DNA of 64,000 bases, taken from an uncultured Verrucomicrobia subdivision 3 bacterium. GTDB lineage: Bacteria; Verrucomicrobiota; Verrucomicrobiia; Limisphaerales; UBA11358. The stretch covers positions 26,861 to 90,860 of the forward strand of contig CAIXBQ010000141.1 in assembly GCA_903917705.1 (NCBI GenBank), given 5' to 3'. The translations under genes were made by a program, and so were the position numbers. Shown piece by piece: positions 58,652-64,000 of the stretch. A model generated the notes under the pieces. It was not told the origin of the DNA. It worked only from the letters and a program-made list of their open reading frames with translations, and ran no database searches. Within the stretch, counting starts at the first letter, position 1. Each line of letters begins with the position of its first letter.

Positions 58652-61600
58652 ATGAAAAAACAAACAGCTTTCTTCCTTTTTGGAATAGCTTCTCTTTTGC
58701 TGCCAGGAATGGTTCATGCCGACGGCCGCAGTTTCAATACCTCCGGCACGCTGGACTGCGTGATGGTGGAGGATCGCCGTCCGTATGCCTGGGGCGGGCA
58801 ATGGAGTCCTTTCGACAGCCAGTGTCCGGTGGTCAGCACCGAAGGCGCGTCCTTCGGCTATTATACCGGGCTGGGCAACGGCGGCAGTTACTGGCACTGG
58901 TCCACCTGGCCCATCGGCAATCCGATCAATTCCGGCGACGTGATTAAAATCTCCTATCTTGGCTCGCAGACGTGGGGCCACGGCGGCAATGGCTCGGAAG
59001 GCACGTCCGCCGGCATGGACGGCATTCCGTCGTTCGTGACGACGAACGTCTGGTATCGGTTTGTGCTGAAGAGCTGGCTGCCGGCGGACGGCACGCCGCA
59101 TCAGGGTTATATCGGCGAATGGGTGCGCGACGGCGTGACGGGCAACTGGTATCATTTTGGAACGTATCAAACGCCGTTTACCGTGAAAGGCGTGACGGGC
59201 GTGAGCGGTTTCATGGAGGTTTTTGCCACTGACACCCAGGCCTTCCGCATTGATCATCGCAACTGCTTTGCGCACCAGTATGGCACGCCGGTTGGCACCT
59301 GGCAGCGGGCCAACACTTGCTATGTGAGCGGCAACTCCGGACCGGATTCCACCTATGGCTATTATGCGTCCCAGATCGAGAGCAACACCGCGACGATGAT
59401 CGAACATTTCGGCACCAACTGTGCCGCCGACCCGCTGGGAACGAACCGCACGAGTTTGGTTTTCAACGCCAACGGCACCACCGTGCCGGTGACGATGACC
59501 AACCAGCCGGCCACGCCGCCCTTTGATCCGATCGTCGTCACGAATTCCACTGCGACCCTTTCCGGCTCGCAGTTGCTCGTGCAATGGCAGTCGCCCGCGA
59601 CGAGTTCGCCGCAGCTCTCTTACAAGATTGAGGTTTTCACCAACGCCGGCTACACCGGATCGCCCGTCGCCACCTGGTTTGACCGCGACACCGAGGCGCA
59701 GCAAAAATTATTGAACATTGCCGGCGTGAGCACACCCTATGTGCGGCTGACGCTGACAGACATTTTCGACAACACCAATACTCCCATTCTCATCACGGCC
59801 ATGACCGCCGTGCTGAATCCAGCAACCAATGTCGTCGGCGCGGTGAACGGCCTGGCCTATCAGTATTACCAGACCAACGGCAGCGGCGTGTGGACCAGCC
59901 TGCCGAACTTCGCGGCGCTCACGCCCGTGTCGCGCGGCGCGGCGGCGTATCCCGACATGAGCCTGCGGCAGCAGCGGTCGGGGTATGCCTTCAATTTCAG
60001 CGGCTTTTTCATGGCTCCGAGCAATGGCGTTTACACGTTCACACTGACCTCCTACGACAGCAGCAAACTCATAATGGACGGTCAGACGGTGATTGATTTC
60101 AACGGCCTGCACCAGCCCGGTTTGAAGTCGGGTTCCATCGCGCTGCAAGCCGGATTGCATCCGGTCAATTTGCAATACGCCTTCTCCGACCAGCGCGGTC
60201 AATGCACCTGGTGGGACGGCGCGTGGCTCGCGTGCGAAGGCCCCGGCGTCATCAACGCCGCGCCGTCGCCGGATATGTTTTGTCCGGGTCTGACTATCGC
60301 CAACAACACCAACAGCGTGCCCGTGCCGCTGAACTTGTGGTATCGCGTGCCCGGCACCAACGAGCCGGTCATCGTCCTGAACGCGCCGGCCAACAACACG
60401 AGTCTCTGCGGCTCGAATGTGGCCGCGACCGTTTTCATCACGGCCAACGGCGCGACAAACATCAGCAAAGTGCAATACTACTGGGCCGGCATTTATCGCG
60501 CGCAGGTCGCGGCCGCGCCGTATGCGACGAATTTGTTTCTCGGCGCAGCCCCGGCGAACTATCTCCGCGCGCGGCTGTTTTACAACAACGGCTGGACCAT
60601 GGATTCCGCGCCGCCGAACGTCGTCGCCGTGACTAACATGAATTTGACGCCGTGGGCGCTCACGGCCATTGGCCAGCAACATTTCTATCCCACCGCTGGC
60701 AAGGTCATCGGCTCGACGATCTCGATTCAGGGCGACTCGTTGAACACCATCAGCCGGCAGATCACGGGCGACTGCACGTTCATCGCGCGGCTGACGGGCC
60801 TCACCAGTTACGGTGCGTTGCCCGACGGCAGCACGCCCGGCGGTGCCGACAAGGCGGGTATTATTTTGCGCGGGAGCCTGAACCCCGAAAACGGCGACCC
60901 GCTCGGCGGCAGCAGTTCCACGCGCTACTGGGCGGTGTTCGGCGAAGTGAACAGCGGTTTTTATTACGAGGACAACACGATGCTCGGCGGCAACAGCGCG
61001 CCCAACCGCACGTCCGGCAATCTCGGCAGTGGCAATAACTGGCTCAAGCTTCAGCGCGTGGGCGATACCTGCACCACCTCGGTTTCGCCCGACGGCGTGA
61101 ACTGGACGGTCGTCAATTCGCAGACCATCAGCGGCATCGGCACCACACTTTACGCGGCGGTGTTTAATTACACTTCCTGGAACCTTCTGCCCTACGTTCC
61201 CTACGCCAGCTTCGACAATGTCAGCCTCACCGGCAACGTCGTCGGCGTGCCCAGCGTCACCGTGTCGCCCGCGTCCGCCTATGCCAGCGTCGGCCAGCGC
61301 GCGACCTTCACCGCCGGCGTGGTGGGCCAGCCGCCGTTCAATTATCAGTGGCAGTTCAACGGCACGAACATTTTTGCCGCCACCAATTTCTCACTGACAC
61401 TGACGAATGTGCAATTGACGAACAACGGCAGTTACTCCGTGGTCTTGACGACCGGTAATGGCACCAACCTCAGCAACCCGGGAATTCTGACGGTGGTGGC
61501 GCCGTTGACCTGGGATGCGAACACTGCTTCCACCGGCGCGCAGGACGGCAGCGGCAACTGGGGCGGCGCGCAGACGAACTGGTTTAACACGGCTGCCAAC

Positions 61601-64000
61601 GTCGCGTGGGCGGACAACAACACCGCCATCTTCGGCGCGGGCGGCAGCGGTAACTACACCGTCACGATCACCAACGACGTGATGCCGTTGAGCCTCGCGT
61701 TTAACAACCCCGGCGGCAGCTATACGCTGGCCGGCAGCGGCACAATCTGGGCGCAAGGCACGCCGTTGCCGGTTGTTTGCAATGGCAACGCCACCATCAG
61801 CGGCGTGGTGAACGGCAACGGCGGCGTGAGCAAGAGCGGCAGCGGCACGCTGACCTTCAGCGGCGCGAACAGCTACGCCGGCACTGGCCCGATTTATGTC
61901 AACGGCGGCACGCTGGTGCTGAACACGCCGAGTTACAATGTTTACAACGGCGGCGGCATTTACATCAACAACGGCTCGACTTTCAGGGTGACGCAGACCG
62001 GCGGCTCGACGCGCTACGACTTTTACAGTGGCACGTTCACGTTTGATGCGAACGGAGGCGGAACGCTGGACGATGCCAGCGGCGTCAATTTTGTGTTCAC
62101 CGGCGGCAACACCTTCGCCACCACCGGCGGCGCGCAGGACATTTTGACCGGCAGCAGCGGTCTTAATTTGAATGGCAACACCGCCACCTTCAACCTCACG
62201 CGTGGCACCAACGCGGGTAGCGATCTAAAAGTGGCGACGAGAATCTGGAACAGCGGCGCGGTGACGCTCAATGGCAACGGCATTTTGGAACTGGCCGCGA
62301 CCAACACCTACTCCGGCGCAACGACGGTGAATTGCGGCACGCTCTGGGTCAATGGCATCACCGCCGGCGGCGCGGTCACCGTGACCAACGCCACGCTGGG
62401 CGGCACCGGCATCATCGGCGGCGTGACGACCATCAATCCCAGCGCGACGCTTTCGCCCGGCACGACGAACATTGGCAAGCTCACCATCAACAACACGCTG
62501 ACGCTCGCAGGCAACGCGCTGATGAGCATTAACAAAACGCTCGCCACCGCTGACAAGGTTCAAGGCGTCAGCACACTGACCAGCGGCGGCACGCTCACGC
62601 TGACCAATCTTTCCGGCACGCTGACCAATGGCGACACGTTCATGCTGTTCGCCGCGACGAATTACAGCGGCAGTTTTGCCAGCGCCGTTCTGCCGACCCT
62701 CGCCACCAATCTGGCGTGGGATTTGTCCAATCTGTCTGTGAATGGCAGCCTTACCATCGCCGCGTTCACCGACGTCAACCCGCCCGTGACCTGGCCCGCG
62801 ACTCTCACCGCCACCCCCGTGGCGACGAATCAAGTCGCTGTTTCGTGGTCGGCGGTTTCCGGCGCGACGAGCTATGTGTTGACCCGCGACGGCGTGGCGA
62901 TTGCGACGCTGACCGGCACGAGTTGGACGGACAACGGATTGAATCCGCTGACGACATATTGTTATGCCGTCACCGCCGTCAACACCGGCGGCAGTTCTAG
63001 CAGCAGCCCTAGCGCGTGCGCCACCACGCCCATCACCGGCGCGACCTTTACTTGGGATGCCAATGCGGTTTCCGCCAACGCCCAGGATGGCAACGGCAAC
63101 TGGGGCAGCGCTCCGGCCAACTGGCTTTACAACACAAGCAACGTGGCTTGGTTCGACGGCAACCTTGCCAGTTTCGGCGTCAGCACCACCACCAACTGCA
63201 CCGTGACGCTTACCAATGTCGTGACGCCGACGGGCATTATTTTCAATGCCACTGGCGGCGGCACCTACACGATTGCCGGCAGCACCAACCTCAATCTGGC
63301 CAGTGTCGTAACCGTGACCACCAGCAACAACGCGACCATCAGCGCGGGCATTCAGGGTGGCGGTTTGCTGGTCAAGGCGGGCAACGGCACGCTTACCTTC
63401 AGTTCACGGAAAACCTACAGCGGCGGCACGACCATCAACGCCGGGGTGCTCGATCTGACGGGCGGCGGCGGTTCCAGCGGCACGATTCGCGGCACGGTGA
63501 CCGTTAACGCTGGCGGCACGCTGCGTTTGAGCACCGGCGACGCCACCGGCTACAACGCCGACAGCACGGTGATCAATCCGTTGAACCTCGTGGGCGGCAC
63601 GCTGAATGTGAACAGCAGCGCCAATCAAACACTGGGCAATGCGACCATCAACCTGACCGGCGGCGCCATTACGGGGGTCAGCAACGGCAACCTTGATTTT
63701 TTCCAGGGCGGCTCGACGCTCGTCACCTGGCCGGCCTCCACCACGGCAACGATTAGCGGCCTGGCCTTGTCCCCCATGCGTCAGGGCAGCACGACGTTCA
63801 CGGTGGCCGACGGCAGCACGCCATCAGGAATTGATTTGGACATCCAGTCGGTGATTCGCACCTCGCCCGCTGGCGACAACGGCAGTTCGACCTTGTTCAA
63901 AGCCGGAGCGGGGACGCTGCAGTTGAGTGCCACGAACACCTGCGTGCGGCCGATGGTGGTGAGCGCCGGGACATTGCTGGTCAAAGGCAGGGCGGCCTTC
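58652..64000 (+). CDS. Giant secreted surface protein with DUF3472-like, PA14, Ig-like and FN3 domains and multiple autotransporter-associated beta-strand (PATR) repeats. The C-terminus lies beyond the window.
   Basis: Own codon-by-codon translation found no stop from 58652 to the window end. Signal peptide MKKQTAFFLFGIASLLLPGMVHA. PA14-like LAYQYYQTNGSG...FSGFFMAPSNGVYTF. Ig-like QPPFNYQWQFNG..NNGSYSV. Three WDAN...AQDG.GNWG PATR heads and GSGTLTFSGANSYAG-type repeats. FN3 segment VAVSWSAVSGATSYVLTRDG. Confidence 0.8.
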   Translation, partial: MKKQTAFFLFGIASLLLPGMVHADGRSFNTSGTLDCVMVEDRRPYAWGGQWSPFDSQCPVVSTEGASFGYYTGLGNGGSYWHWSTWPIGNPINSGDVIKISYLGSQTWGHGGNGSEGTSAGMDGIPSFVTTNVWYRFVLKSWLPADGTPHQGYIGEWVRDGVTGNWYHFGTYQTPFTVKGVTGVSGFMEVFATDTQAFRIDHRNCFAHQYGTPVGTWQRANTCYVSGNSGPDSTYGYYASQIESNTATMIEHFGTNCAADPLGTNRTSLVFNANGTTVPVTMTNQPATPPFDPIVVTNSTATLSGSQLLVQWQSPATSSPQLSYKIEVFTNAGYTGSPVATWFDRDTEAQQKLLNIAGVSTPYVRLTLTDIFDNTNTPILITAMTAVLNPATNVVGAVNGLAYQYYQTNGSGVWTSLPNFAALTPVSRGAAAYPDMSLRQQRSGYAFNFSGFFMAPSNGVYTFTLTSYDSSKLIMDGQTVIDFNGLHQPGLKSGSIALQAGLHPVNLQYAFSDQRGQCTWWDGAWLACEGPGVINAAPSPDMFCPGLTIANNTNSVPVPLNLWYRVPGTNEPVIVLNAPANNTSLCGSNVAATVFITANGATNISKVQYYWAGIYRAQVAAAPYATNLFLGAAPANYLRARLFYNNGWTMDSAPPNVVAVTNMNLTPWALTAIGQQHFYPTAGKVIGSTISIQGDSLNTISRQITGDCTFIARLTGLTSYGALPDGSTPGGADKAGIILRGSLNPENGDPLGGSSSTRYWAVFGEVNSGFYYEDNTMLGGNSAPNRTSGNLGSGNNWLKLQRVGDTCTTSVSPDGVNWTVVNSQTISGIGTTLYAAVFNYTSWNLLPYVPYASFDNVSLTGNVVGVPSVTVSPASAYASVGQRATFTAGVVGQPPFNYQWQFNGTNIFAATNFSLTLTNVQLTNNGSYSVVLTTGNGTNLSNPGILTVVAPLTWDANTASTGAQDGSGNWGGAQTNWFNTAANVAWADNNTAIFGAGGSGNYTVTITNDVMPLSLAFNNPGGSYTLAGSGTIWAQGTPLPVVCNGNATISGVVNGNGGVSKSGSGTLTFSGANSYAGTGPIYVNGGTLVLNTPSYNVYNGGGIYINNGSTFRVTQTGGSTRYDFYSGTFTFDANGGGTLDDASGVNFVFTGGNTFATTGGAQDILTGSSGLNLNGNTATFNLTRGTNAGSDLKVATRIWNSGAVTLNGNGILELAATNTYSGATTVNCGTLWVNGITAGGAVTVTNATLGGTGIIGGVTTINPSATLSPGTTNIGKLTINNTLTLAGNALMSINKTLATADKVQGVSTLTSGGTLTLTNLSGTLTNGDTFMLFAATNYSGSFASAVLPTLATNLAWDLSNLSVNGSLTIAAFTDVNPPVTWPATLTATPVATNQVAVSWSAVSGATSYVLTRDGVAIATLTGTSWTDNGLNPLTTYCYAVTAVNTGGSSSSSPSACATTPITGATFTWDANAVSANAQDGNGNWGSAPANWLYNTSNVAWFDGNLASFGVSTTTNCTVTLTNVVTPTGIIFNATGGGTYTIAGSTNLNLASVVTVTTSNNATISAGIQGGGLLVKAGNGTLTFSSRKTYSGGTTINAGVLDLTGGGGSSGTIRGTVTVNAGGTLRLSTGDATGYNADSTVINPLNLVGGTLNVNSSANQTLGNATINLTGGAITGVSNGNLDFFQGGSTLVTWPASTTATISGLALSPMRQGSTTFTVADGSTPSGIDLDIQSVIRTSPAGDNGSSTLFKAGAGTLQLSATNTCVRPMVVSAGTLLVKGRAAF

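Overview
This is a high-GC bacterial window. Gene content suggests Verrucomicrobiota: a giant surface protein with autotransporter-associated beta-strand repeats, many glycoside hydrolases and a sulfatase, and pilin-like small proteins. That assignment is inference only, since no database search was possible.

Layout, left to right:
- A propeller-type sensor histidine kinase that runs off the left edge.
- An IS110-family element.
- Class II ribonucleotide reductase (nrdJ).
- A GH106-like hydrolase bracketed by two copies of a MITE-like repeat.
- A lactate-oxidation module (Dld-II-type D-lactate dehydrogenase plus lutABC).
- A roughly 14 kb minus-strand locus (19025..33004), which is the main finding. 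It encodes five multihaem c-type cytochromes with 46 CXXCH and 2 CX3CH motifs counted by eye. One of these is a CbcL-like nine-haem/cytochrome-b fusion. The locus also holds a 673-aa beta-barrel outer-membrane protein, two NHL beta-propeller proteins and hemA. I read it as a candidate trans-envelope (extracellular) electron-transfer conduit with an unusual composition.
- Housekeeping genes (maf, aroK, queG and others).
- An IS3 remnant and an intact IS5-family element inserted exactly at the stop codon of an AraC/XylR-type regulator.
- A lower-GC glycan-degradation island (GH2, GH95, DUF5009, GH20, sulfatase, GH2).
- A surface protein of more than 1780 aa that runs off the right edge.

Several families of intergenic repeats are present, and no CRISPR array, tRNA or rRNA was seen. 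Most long ORFs lying opposite the called genes are antisense shadow ORFs typical of high-GC DNA.
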